A DNA stretch of 64,000 nt from Macrostomum lignano (lineage: Eukaryota): contig NIVC01000215.1 of assembly GCA_002269645.1 (NCBI GenBank), forward strand, positions 620,001-684,000, read 5' to 3'. The notes under the pieces were generated by a model that saw only the letters and a program-made list of their open reading frames with translations, did not search any database and was not told the origin of the DNA. Shown piece after piece: positions 35,901 through 46,992 of this stretch. Numbering within the stretch: position 1 is the first letter of the stretch; every line of letters begins with the position of its first letter. The translations under genes were made by a program, and so were the position numbers.

Positions 35901-38900
35901 TCTTCAAGGTGCTCCACCACAGACTCTTCAAGGTGCTCCACCAGACTCTTCAAGGTGCTCCACCACAGACTCTTCAAGGTGCTCCACCAGACTCTTCAAG
36001 GTGCTCCACCACAGACTCTTCAAGGTGCTCCACCAGACTCTTCAAGGTGCTCCACCACAGACTCTTCAAGGTGCTCCACCAGACTCTTCAAGGTGCTCCA
36101 CCACAGACTCTTCAAGGTGCTCCACCAGACTCTTCAAGGTGCTCCACCACAGACTCTTCAAGGTGCTCCACCAGACTCTTCAAGGTGCTCCACCACAGAC
36201 TCTTCAAGGTGCTCCACCACAGACTCTTCAAGGTGCTCCACCACAGACTCTTCAAGGTGCTCCACCAGACTCTTCAAGGTGCTCCACCACAGACTCTTCA
36301 AGGTGCTCCACCAGACTCTTCAAGGTGCTCCACCACAGACTCTTCAAGGTGCTCCACCAGACTCTTCAAGGTGCTCCACCACAGACTCTTCAAGGTGCTC
36401 CACCAGACTCTTCAAGGTGCTCCACCACAGACTCTTCAAGGTGCTCCACCAGACTCTTCAAGGTGCTCCACCACAGACTCTTCAAGGTGCTCCACCAGAC
36501 TCTTCAAGGTGCTCCACCACAGACTCTTCAAGGTGCTCCACCAGACTCTTCAAGGTGCTCCACCACAGACTCTTCAAGGTGCTCCACCAGACTCTTCAAG
36601 GTGCTCCACCACAGACTCTTCAAGGTGCTCCACCAGACTCTTCAAGGTGCTCCACCACAGACTCTTCAAGGTGCTCCACCAGACTCTTCAAGGTGCTCCA
36701 CCACAGACTCTTCAAGGTGCTCCACCACAGACTCTTCAAGGTGCTCCACCACAGACTCTTCAAGGTGCTCCACCACAGACTCTTCAAGGTGCTCCACCAC
36801 AGACTCTTCAAGGTGCTCCACCAGACTCTTCAAGGTGCTCCACCACAGACTCTTCAAGGTGCTCCACCAGACTCTTCAAGGTGCTCCACCACAGACTCTT
36901 CAAGGTGCTCCACCAGACTCTTCAAGGTGCTCCACCACAGACTCTTCAAGGTGCTCCACCAGACTCTTCAAGGTGCTCCACCACAGACTCTTCAAGGTGC
37001 TCCACCAGACTCTTCAAGGTGCTCCACCACAGACTCTTCAAGGTGCTCCACCAGACTCTTCAAGGTGCTCCACCACAGACTCTTCAAGGTGCTCCACCAC
37101 AGACTCTTCAAGGTGCTCCACCACAGACTCTTCAAGGTGCTCCACCAGACTCTTCAAGGTGCTCCACCACAGACTCTTCAAGGTGCTCCACCAGACTCTT
37201 CAAGGTGCTCCACCACAGACTCTTCAAGGTGCTCCACCACAGACTCTTCAAGGTGCTCCACCACAGACTCTTCAAGGTGCTCCACCACAGACTCTTCAAG
37301 GTGCTCCACCACAGACTCTTCAAGGTGCTCCACCACAGACTCTTCAAGGTGCTCCACCAGACTCTTCAAGGTGCTCCACCACAGACTCTTCAAGGTGCTC
37401 CACCACAGACTCTTCAAGGTGCTCCACCACAGACTCTTCAAGGTGCTCCACCACAGACTCTTCAAGGTGCTCCACCACAGACTCTTCAAGGTGCTCCACC
37501 ACAGACTCTTCAAGGTGCTCCACCACAGACTCTTCAAGGTGCTCCACCACAGACTCTTCAAGGTGCTCCACCACAGACTCTTCAAGGTGCTCCACCACAG
37601 ACTCTTCAAGGTGCTCCACCACAGACTCTTCAAGGTGCTCCACCACAGACTCTTCAAGGTGCTCCACCAGACTCTTCAAGGTGCTCCACCACAGACTCTT
37701 CAAGGTGCTCCACCAGACTCTTCAAGGTGCTCCACCACAGACTCTTCAAGGTGCTCCACCAGACTCTTCAAGGTGCTCCACCACAGACTCTTCAAGGTGC
37801 TCCACCACAGACTCTTCAAGGTGCTCCACCACAGACTCTTCAAGGTGCTCCACCACAGACTCTTCAAGGTGCTCCACCACAGACTCTTCAAGGTGCTCCA
37901 CCACAGACTCTTCAAGGTGCTCCACCACAGACTCTTCAAGGTGCTCCACCACAGACTCTTCAAGGTGCTCCACCAGACTCTTCAAGGTGCTCCACCACAG
38001 ACTCTTCAAGGTGCTCCACCAGACTCTTCAAGGTGCTCCACCACAGACTCTTCAAGGTGCTCCACCAGACTCTTCAAGGTGCTCCACCACAGACTCTTCA
38101 AGGTGCTCCACCAGACTCTTCAAGGTGCTCCACCACAGACTCTTCAAGGTGCTCCACCAGACTCTTCAAGGTGCTCCACCACAGACTCTTCAAGGTGCTC
38201 CACCAGACTCTTCAAGGTGCTCCACCACAGACTCTTCAAGGTGCTCCACCACAGACTCTTCAAGGTGCTCCACCACAGACTCTTCAAGGTGCTCCACCAC
38301 AGACTCTTCAAGGTGCTCCACCACAGACTCTTCAAGGTGCTCCACCAGACTCTTCAAGGTGCTCCACCACAGACTCTTCAAGGTGCTCCACCAGACTCTT
38401 CAAGGTGCTCCACCACAGACTCTTCAAGGTGCTCCACCAGACTCTTCAAGGTGCTCCACCACAGACTCTTCAAGGTGCTCCACCAGACTCTTCAAGGTGC
38501 TCCACCACAGACTCTTCAAGGTGCTCCACCAGACTCTTCAAGGTGCTCCACCACAGACTCTTCAAGGTGCTCCACCAGACTCTTCAAGGTGCTCCACCAC
38601 AGACTCTTCAAGGTGCTCCACCAGACTCTTCAAGGTGCTCCACCACAGACTCTTCAAGGTGCTCCACCAGACTCTTCAAGGTGCTCCACCACAGACTCTT
38701 CAAGGTGCTCCACCAGACTCTTCAAGGTGCTCCACCACAGACTCTTCAAGGTGCTCCACCACAGACTCTTCAAGGTGCTCCACCACAGACTCTTCAAGGT
38801 GCTCCACCACAGACTCTTCAAGGTGCTCCACCACAGACTCTTCAAGGTGCTCCACCACAGACTCTTCAAGGTGCTCCACCACAGACTCTTCAAGGTGCTC

Positions 38901-39495
38901 CACCAGACTCTTCAAGGTGCTCCACCACAGACTCTTCAAGGTGCTCCACCAGACTCTTCAAGGTGCTCCACCACAGACTCTTCAAGGTGCTCCACCAGAC
39001 TCTTCAAGGTGCTCCACCACAGACTCTTCAAGGTGCTCCACCAGACTCTTCAAGGTGCTCCACCACAGACTCTTCAAGGTGCTCCACCAGACTCTTCAAG
39101 GTGCTCCACCACAGACTCTTCAAGGTGCTCCACCAGACTCTTCAAGGTGCTCCACCACAGACTCTTCAAGGTGCTCCACCAGACTCTTCAAGGTGCTCCA
39201 CCACAGACTCTTCAAGGTGCTCCACCAGACTCTTCAAGGTGCTCCACCACAGACTCTTCAAGGTGCTCCACCAGACTCTTCAAGGTGCTCCACCACAGAC
39301 TCTTCAAGGTGCTCCACCACAGACTCTTCAAGGTGCTCCACCACAGACTCTTCAAGGTGCTCCACCACAGACTCTTCAAGGCGCTCCACCAGACTCTTCA
39401 AGGTGCTCCACCAGACTCTTCAAGGTGCTTCACCACAGACTCTTCAAGGTGCTTCACCACAGACTCTTCAAGGTGCTCCACCACGGACACTTCAA
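26960..39495. repeat. 12.5-kb satellite array of two units, GACTCTTCAAGGTGCTCCACCA (22 bp) and GACTCTTCAAGGTGCTCCACCACA (24 bp)
   Basis: Roughly 540 units (length divided by mean unit size). Variant units cluster at the edges. The three ~4200-codon + strand ORFs are translations of this array. Confidence 0.98.
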
Positions 39496-39682
39496 TAAGT
39501 ATTTCCTAAATAATTCAAGGTATTTTAGTAATTTTTTCGAGGTGTTTGCAGAACATTTAGTGGCATTCATGGCAGGCTAGAATGTTAAAATATTGAATGT
39601 CATAGTGACTTTAATCTTTATACATTTTTTAAGTTGTTCACAAACCCACCATTGCAGCGCTGGTAAAAAAACCGTTGCTAAA

Positions 39683-42228
39683 ATGTTGGCCAGAGCCTTG
39701 ACAACGGTTGCTATGCAGCAGCAGCAGCATCTCAGCAGAGTCAGGTAAACTTACTGATAGATGTAATCACAAAAAAATGCAAGTCCATTAGTGTGAGATA
39801 TCTGCATCACAGGTACTTTAGCCGCTAATGCAAATTCGATAGGGATCTTTTTCAAGAAATCCACCATACTTCTGATAGCTATGTCAAAAAATCCATTCTT
39901 AAAATCGCCATTTATATCCCCCCTGTTGATTGTCTTTATAATCCCGCATATCATCATATCACACAATTGAAAGTCCAAAAAATTGCTATAAATATTCCCC
40001 TAACAATTGAATTGAACTTCATTGAACTTGAGTCGCATTGGAATTCCCCAAGAATCGCATTAGAATTCCCCTAAGAATCGCATTAGAATTCCACTAAAAG
40101 TCGCATTGGAATTCCCTAAGAATCGCATTGGAATTTCCTTAGAATCGCATTGGAATTCCCCTAAGAATCGCATTAGAATTCCGCTAAAAGTCGCATTGGA
40201 ATTCCCCAAGAATCGCATTAGAATTCCCCTAAGAATTGCATTGGAGTTTCCTTAGAATCACATTGGTATTCCCCTAAGAATCGCATTAGAATTCGACTAA
40301 AAGTCGCATTGGAATTCCCCAAGAATCGCATTGGAATTCCCCAAGAATCGCATTAGAATTCCCCTAAGAATCGCATTAGAATTCCACTAAAAGTCGCATT
40401 GGAATTCCCTAAGAATCGCATTGGAATTTCCTTAGAATCGCATTGGAATTCCCCTAAGAATCGCATTAGAATTCCGCTAAAAGTCGCATTGGAATTCCCC
40501 AAGAATCGCATTAGAATTCCCCTAAGAATTGCATTGGAGTTTCCTTAGAATCACATTGGTATTCCCCTAAGAATCGCATTAGAATTCGACTAAAAGTCGC
40601 ATTGGAATTCCCCAAGAATCGCATTAGAATTCCCCTAAGAATCGCATTGGAATTTCCTTAGAATCACATTGGTATTCCCCTAAGCATCGCATTAGAATTC
40701 GACTAAAAGTCGCATTGGAATTACCTAGGAATCGCATTGGAATTTCCTTAGAATCGCATTGGAGTTCCCCTAAGAATCGCATTAGAATTCCACTAAAAGT
40801 CGCATTGGAATTCCCTAGGAATCGCATTGGAATCCCCCAGAATCGCATTGGAATTCCCCTAAGAATTGCATTAGAATTCCACTAACAATTGAATTGGAAG
40901 TCTCCAATGATCGCATTAGAATCCCCTTAAGAATCGCATTGGAATTTCCTTAGAATCGCATTGAAATTCCCCCAATAATCGCATTAGAATTTCCCCAAGA
41001 ATCGCATTGAAATTCCCTAAGAACCGCATTGGAATTTCGTTAGAATCGCATTGGAATTCCCCCAATAATCGCATTAGAATTTCCCCAAGAATCGCATTAG
41101 AATTTCTCCAAGAATCTCATTGGAATTCCCCCAAGAATCGCATTAGAATTTCCCCAAGAATCGCATTAGAATTTCTCCAAGAATCTCATTGGAATTCCCC
41201 CAAGAATCGCATTGGAATTCCTCTAAAAATCGCATTGAAATTCCTTAAGAACCGCATTGAAATTCCCTAAGAACCACATTGAAATTTCCTTAGAATCGCA
41301 TTGGAATTCCTCCAGAATCGCATTGGAATTCCCTTATAATCGCATTGGAATTCCCCTAAGAATCGCATTGGAATTCCCCAAGAGTTGCATTGGAATTCCC
41401 CTAAAAGTCACATTGGCATTCCCCTGAGAATCGTATTAGAATTCCCCTAAAAATCGCTTGGGGATTCCCCAAGAATCGCATCGGAATTCCCCTAAGAATC
41501 GCACTGGAATTCCTCTAAGAATTGCATTGGGATTCCCCGATAATCCGTTAAAATATCAAAACTTCCTCAGCTGCCTGAGCACGGATTTGGCAACATCAGC
41601 GGCAACAACCGCAGCTCGAATCGGCAGATCCGGTAGCCTTGACGATCACTTAGCAGCCACCGACGAGTTGAAAAACTACAATCAAGAGGATGACGATGAA
41701 GACAATCCCGATGAAGAAGGCGAAGAGGCTGGCGCATTGAAGCAGGAAGAGGATGAGGATGGCGCAGCGTCAGCTCCCAGCCACGATGACCTGCGTAATC
41801 GTCTTCGATCCTCTGAACCCTCGAATCTTCGTCAAGATAAAAGCGAATTAGTGGCGGAGGCGGAGAGTGCGGCGGCTGCGGCTGCTGCTGCAGAAGCGCT
41901 TTGGCGCCCGTTTGAATTGGTGCAGCAGCCTCTCCAGTCTGCTGCTGCTGCTTCTCGTTCGGTGGCTAATTACGGCCGGGGTGCTCAGTTACCGCCGCAA
42001 AGTGCTGCTCAGGCTATGCTTAACGAGTCCAACTGTGAGTGCGAAGGGTGAATACATGGGAGGCAGGCAGGCAGGCAGACATACAGGCAGACAGACAGAC
42101 AGACACACAGACAGGCAGACAGACAGACAGGGAGGCAGGCAGGCAGACAGACAGACAGACAGACAGACACACAGACAGGCAGACAGACAGACAGACAGAC
42201 AGGGAGGGAGGGAGGGAGGCAGGCAGGC

Positions 42229-42281
<53 letters not shown>

Positions 42282-42310
42282 CACAGACAGACAGACAGAC
42301 AGACAGACAC

Positions 42311-42349
<39 letters not shown>

Positions 42350-42579
42350 CACAGACACACAGACACACAGACAGCACAGACAGACACACAGACAGACAGA
42401 CAGACAGACACACAGACAGACAGACAGACAGCACAGACAGACAGCACAGACAGACACACAGACAGGCAGACAGACAGACAGGGAGGCAGGCAGGCAGACA
42501 GACAGACAGACAGACAGACACACAGACAGGCAGACAGACAGACAGACAGGGAGGGAGGGAGGGAGGGAGGCAGGCAGGC

Positions 42580-42648
<69 letters not shown>

Positions 42649-42649
42649 C

Positions 42650-42688
<39 letters not shown>

Positions 42689-42811
42689 CACAGACACACA
42701 GACACACAGACAGCACAGACAGACACACAGACAGACAGACAGACAGACACACAGACAGACAGACAGACAGCACAGACAGACAGCACAGACAGACACACAG
42801 ACAGACAGACG

Positions 42812-42847
<36 letters not shown>

Positions 42848-42889
42848 GCACAGACAGACAGCACAGACAGACACACAGACAGACAGACG

Positions 42890-42925
<36 letters not shown>

Positions 42926-42988
42926 GCACAGACAGACAGCACAGACAGACACACAGACAGACAGGCAGACAGACAGGCAGACAGACAG

Positions 42989-43035
<47 letters not shown>

Positions 43036-44798
43036 CGCAGACAGACACACAGACAGACACACAGACAGACAGACAGGCAGACAGCACAGACAGACACTAA
43101 GACAAATACAGGCAGGCAGGCAGGCAGACAAACAGGCAGATGTCTTATCAGAAATCATTGTCAATTTTTTTCTGAAGAATTAGAAGAGTGGATTAATTTA
43201 TGGAAGCATTAAAACTTTGATTTCAGCGCAGTCAAGCAGCAGTCGGTCAGCTGCACGTCAGGCGTTGCAACAGCAGCCACAACAACAGCAACAGCCAAAG
43301 CAGCGAATCAAGAAGCCGCTAAATGCTTTTATGTTGTATATGCGCGACCATCGAGCAGCAGTAGCTGCCGAACATTCGCTTCGAGAATCCGCGGAAATTA
43401 ATCGACTATTGGGCCGGCAGTGGCAGTCTTTGTCGCGCCAGGAACAGGCTAAGTGCGTCTTTGTTTGACACAAATCGCCGATATGTATCGAAATACTATT
43501 TGAGATTTGATTTCTACATTCCAGGTAGGGATTAGAAGTTAGGTAGAAGTTCATACCACAGTGATGAAACAGACACTAAGACACTAAGCCCTTTCTACTG
43601 GGCAATCCGCCCTTTCTACTGGGCAATCCGCCCTTTCTACTGGGCAATCCGCCCTTTCTACTGGGCAATCCGCCCTTTCTACTGGGCAATCCACCCTTTC
43701 TTATACTGAGCAAAACGCTTGTTCGGCAATCCCTGCTTAACTGCACTGGCAAAACGCCCTTTCCATCCAACACGGTATTTCCTACTCGCAATCCTGCCTA
43801 AATGACCAAGTCAGAAAACCAGAGAAATCTTAATTTCTAGGTTACTGAATATTGAACCCGAAGGGTTAAATAAATGTTCTATTTTGGCCTTGTATTTATA
43901 GTAGACAAAATTTTGTCCTATTGGTTCGTGTATCATGCGTTTAAACAACAGTTAACTAAAACAAAATTATTTCGCCTAACTAAAAAAATTCTACGTTTAA
44001 AACAAAATAATGCATTAAAACAAAAATATACGCTATTTGTTATTTGGCGAGAATTTAACTTTTAAGAATAATAATAATTTCGTAGAATAAAATATTGGCC
44101 CTTCTACAAAAGTTATATCAGATATTTTAGAATTTTACAGTGCCGACATGTATCGAAGTTTATAATACGGGTTTAGGTTATTAATGTGACCTATTCACAG
44201 AAGGATAATCTAAATAACTACTGTACTGGTTTTCTACCAGTATCAGTGCTTCTAATTCGACAGGTTTTGTAGATTTCTAAACTTAGGACGCGATTATCTT
44301 CTGTTTTGTATTTTCTCTTTTGGCTGGGCCCAAGGATTCGAACCCAGTTTGGGACGGTTGTTGGGCGTTCAAGGTCGACACTTATAGCCACTGATCTATT
44401 GGCGCCCCGCATAACTAACAATCGGCGCCACAATTTTTAACCAACGCAGATATTATCATTTGGCCCAATTGGAGAAGGAGCGACACTGCCGGCTGCACCC
44501 GAACTGGTCGGCCAAAGACAACTACGGCTGTGGTGCTGGCGGAAGCGGTGCTAGCAGTGTCGGCGCTTCCTATCGCCGTCAACATCAGCAACAGCAACGC
44601 TCTAACCAGCTAAATTTAAATCGTTCGATTCTAATCGATTTTGACAATTGCAGCAATAAGAAATGCCGCGCCGTGTACGGTGTACAACGCCAGGACCTCT
44701 GGTGCCGGCCATGTCGGCGTAAAAAGCGTTGCGCCCGATTTGGCGGCGACAACAAACCGTCTGGCGTCAGTGTTGCTATGGAAACGGTTGCTGTGTAG
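39683..44798 (+). CDS. TCF: TCF/LEF (pangolin-like) transcription factor, 4 coding exons, ~366 aa
   Basis: Exons 39683-39744, 41571-42034, 43227-43452, 44450-44798 join in phase (2,1,2). Beta-catenin-binding-like [19 protein letters not shown] box [29 protein letters not shown]-clamp [19 protein letters not shown]. The frame is open upstream to the acceptor at 39657, so the start may lie further 5'. Confidence 0.92.
40035..41530. repeat. Intronic minisatellite, ~21-23-bp unit aagaatcgcatt(g/a)gaattccc(ct)
   Basis: Fills TCF intron 1. Contains a palindromic ggaattcc core and repeated multi-unit blocks. Confidence 0.92.
42060..43140. repeat. Compound (GACA)n/(GGCA)n microsatellite in TCF intron 2
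   Basis: Seen directly, with internally duplicated blocks. Confidence 0.95.
43588..43700. repeat. Short 21-bp tandem repeat gccctttctactgggcaatcc
   Basis: About 5 copies in TCF intron 3. Confidence 0.85.
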
Positions 44799-45909
44799 TT
44801 AAAGATTTCGACGGCGTTTTCATTTAAATAAAAATGCTTGATTTTTATGTGCAATTAATTATATTGTAATAAATCTGCTGGTTTAAAGTTAATGTTCTTA
44901 TTGCTGAGCTTTTTACCCCATCATCCAATTGAGCTTATCGTCTGAGTCATTTTATTTAATTTTTTCCGGCTACAACTGAATCACATGAGCTTGCTTTTCC
45001 CTTTGGCCTTAAAGTTACTCCGTAATTTATTTTTTATATTTTTGCGTTACTGCGCTTATGCTGCTACTTATCTTTTGCCAGTAGTGCAAGTTGAACTTTT
45101 GAATTTTAACAATAAATTTAATGGCGCCTTTTTAAACTTGCTAGCTGATAGATTTATATTTTCGATACATATCGCCAGGCAATATTTTTCAGTTACGTAC
45201 AATGTGTGTTTTTTATGCATGCATTTCAATTTCTGGCTTTCTGCTTAAACAATATAATTATTATAGTTTCAATAAAACTCGCTTTTTTGACTAATTGAAG
45301 TACTTTATTAAAAAAATTGTCTACCCTGCTTAAACTGCCGAGCTGCCGGTTTTGGTATCTTAAAATACTAGTTAACTTTTTTACCCTAATAAGCTTAGCT
45401 CGTAAAATGAAATAACATTATAATATGGCCTTGATCTTGCTTGTTTACAAACGTTCCTGTGTTTGTTTTTTGTGAGATTCTTGACAGCAGAAAATAAACG
45501 TAAAATCAAAGTGAAGTTTTAGTTTTTCAATCAAAAATTTATTGTGCAACTTAAAATTTTCTGTTTGTTAATAACCTCATTCTTTTGAAGAACTTCAGTT
45601 TTTTGTAAAAATATTTCAGCTTTCAATCCGCTACAAAGCATACAAAGCATCTAATCTAAGACTAAGCCAGCTAGGGTGCTTAGGTGCTAGGCTACTACTA
45701 CTAGTAACTTGTTGGCACATGGTGCGATGAAACAAATCGAGGATCAATTAATGTTGTTTAACCTGCTTCATTCATTCTAAGCTAGTTAAGAAACATTTAA
45801 AAAAATTATTTAAAAGTTTTTATAATTTGTTATTTGTTAAGATTGTTGACAAACTTATTTTTAGTAATACTGGATACAAAAACAAGCTACAACAGATCAA
45901 TGTTCAGTG

Positions 45910-45983
45910 GGCCGAGTAGCTCAGTTGGTTAGAGCGTCGTGCTGATAACGCGAAGGTCGAGGGTTCGAGCCCCTCCCCGGCCA
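45910..45983 (+). tRNA. tRNA-Ile-GAT: tRNA-Ile, anticodon GAT
   Basis: Cloverleaf GGCCGAG-TA-GCTC AGTTGGTTA GAGC-G-TCGTG CTGATAA CGCGA-AGGTC-GAGGG TTCGAGC CCCTC-CCCGGCC-A. Anticodon at 45944-45946. One A6:C67 mismatch. T6 Pol III terminator at 45988-45993. Confidence 0.9.
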
Positions 45984-46992
45984 CAGATTTTTTGCAGTTA
46001 CTAAAAAGATTTATTGAATATTTCGAGCTATTTTAACCTGACCGGAAAGAACTCATATGTTTATGCTTTTCTATATTCGCTAATTTATATTTATTACACC
46101 TTAGTAGCTCTTTTACGTTCGACGATATGTATCGTATTACGAGTTATGTTAAATGTTTAAGTGTTAGTCTTTTTAGTAGGATATTATATATAGTATACGA
46201 TACAGTAAGGTTCTTCAATAGTGTTTAGGGGGATTGTTTAGTTGTTAGCTCTACTTTAGATGGAAAATTTTAATGCTAAGCTTCTCCTGAATATTAAAGT
46301 GAGAGTTTTTAAGATTTTTAAACAACCAATGGTTGCTATAATGCGTACTTCTACTTAAAGTAGTTTAGTTCAACAGTTATACATATACAGTCCGCTAATT
46401 GAGAGTGAGAGAAGAGGAGAAATGAGAGTCAGGGGTTAAGCGACTGCTTATTGAATACTTTAAAAGATTTTCACCGAGTCTAAACTTAATACTAATAGCT
46501 ATAATGCAATGTCAGCTTTCCTAATCCATAGTTATCGATCGGGCTACTGCAGCGCATGTGCGTACAGTACGCGTGTGCAGTGCTGCACTGTGAGAGTCGT
46601 TTTAAAATTGAATACAACTCTATTCAATACTGCCTTTTCATAAGCGTGTACGTTTGTATACAGATAGCAGGCACTGAGACTAACAAAGCAATAAATCGAT
46701 TTAGCGCTCTCGATCAATACATGTAACTCTATCTTACATTTATATTCACGTGCAAAGCTGAGTTTTGGATTTAAGCGAATGCTCTCTATAGGACTCTATA
46801 GGGCTCTATGCACACTTGTATAGCTGCGAATATATTCAATACTATAGAGTACAAAGCTACCATGTATAGGTACAGGTAGATCCTGCGAAATATACTGTAC
46901 ATGTAAAAATAAATTTTTGCCTAGGGAAGAGTCCATAATTATAATATACTGCATAATACGCTCATATGGCTAAAGCTCAGAGTTACAAATCA

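Noticed and set aside
26960-39495. CRISPR-like array
   Set aside because: There are no unique spacers and no cas genes, and the context is eukaryotic. The same applies to all other arrays here.
26930-39580. Three overlapping ~4200-aa ORFs as giant proteins
   Set aside because: They exist because neither repeat unit has a sense-strand stop in any frame. Each ORF cycles through all three peptide motifs as 22-mers shift the frame, and there is no domain content.
43589-43869. piggyBac-like MITE ending ...gaagggTTAA
   Set aside because: The left end lacks TTAA and the terminal match is only about 5 bp.
44772-44785. Exact X-box match GTTGCTATGGAAAC
   Set aside because: It lies in TCF coding sequence (VAMET), 2.2 kb from the next start codon. 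It is plausible by chance and has no supporting context.
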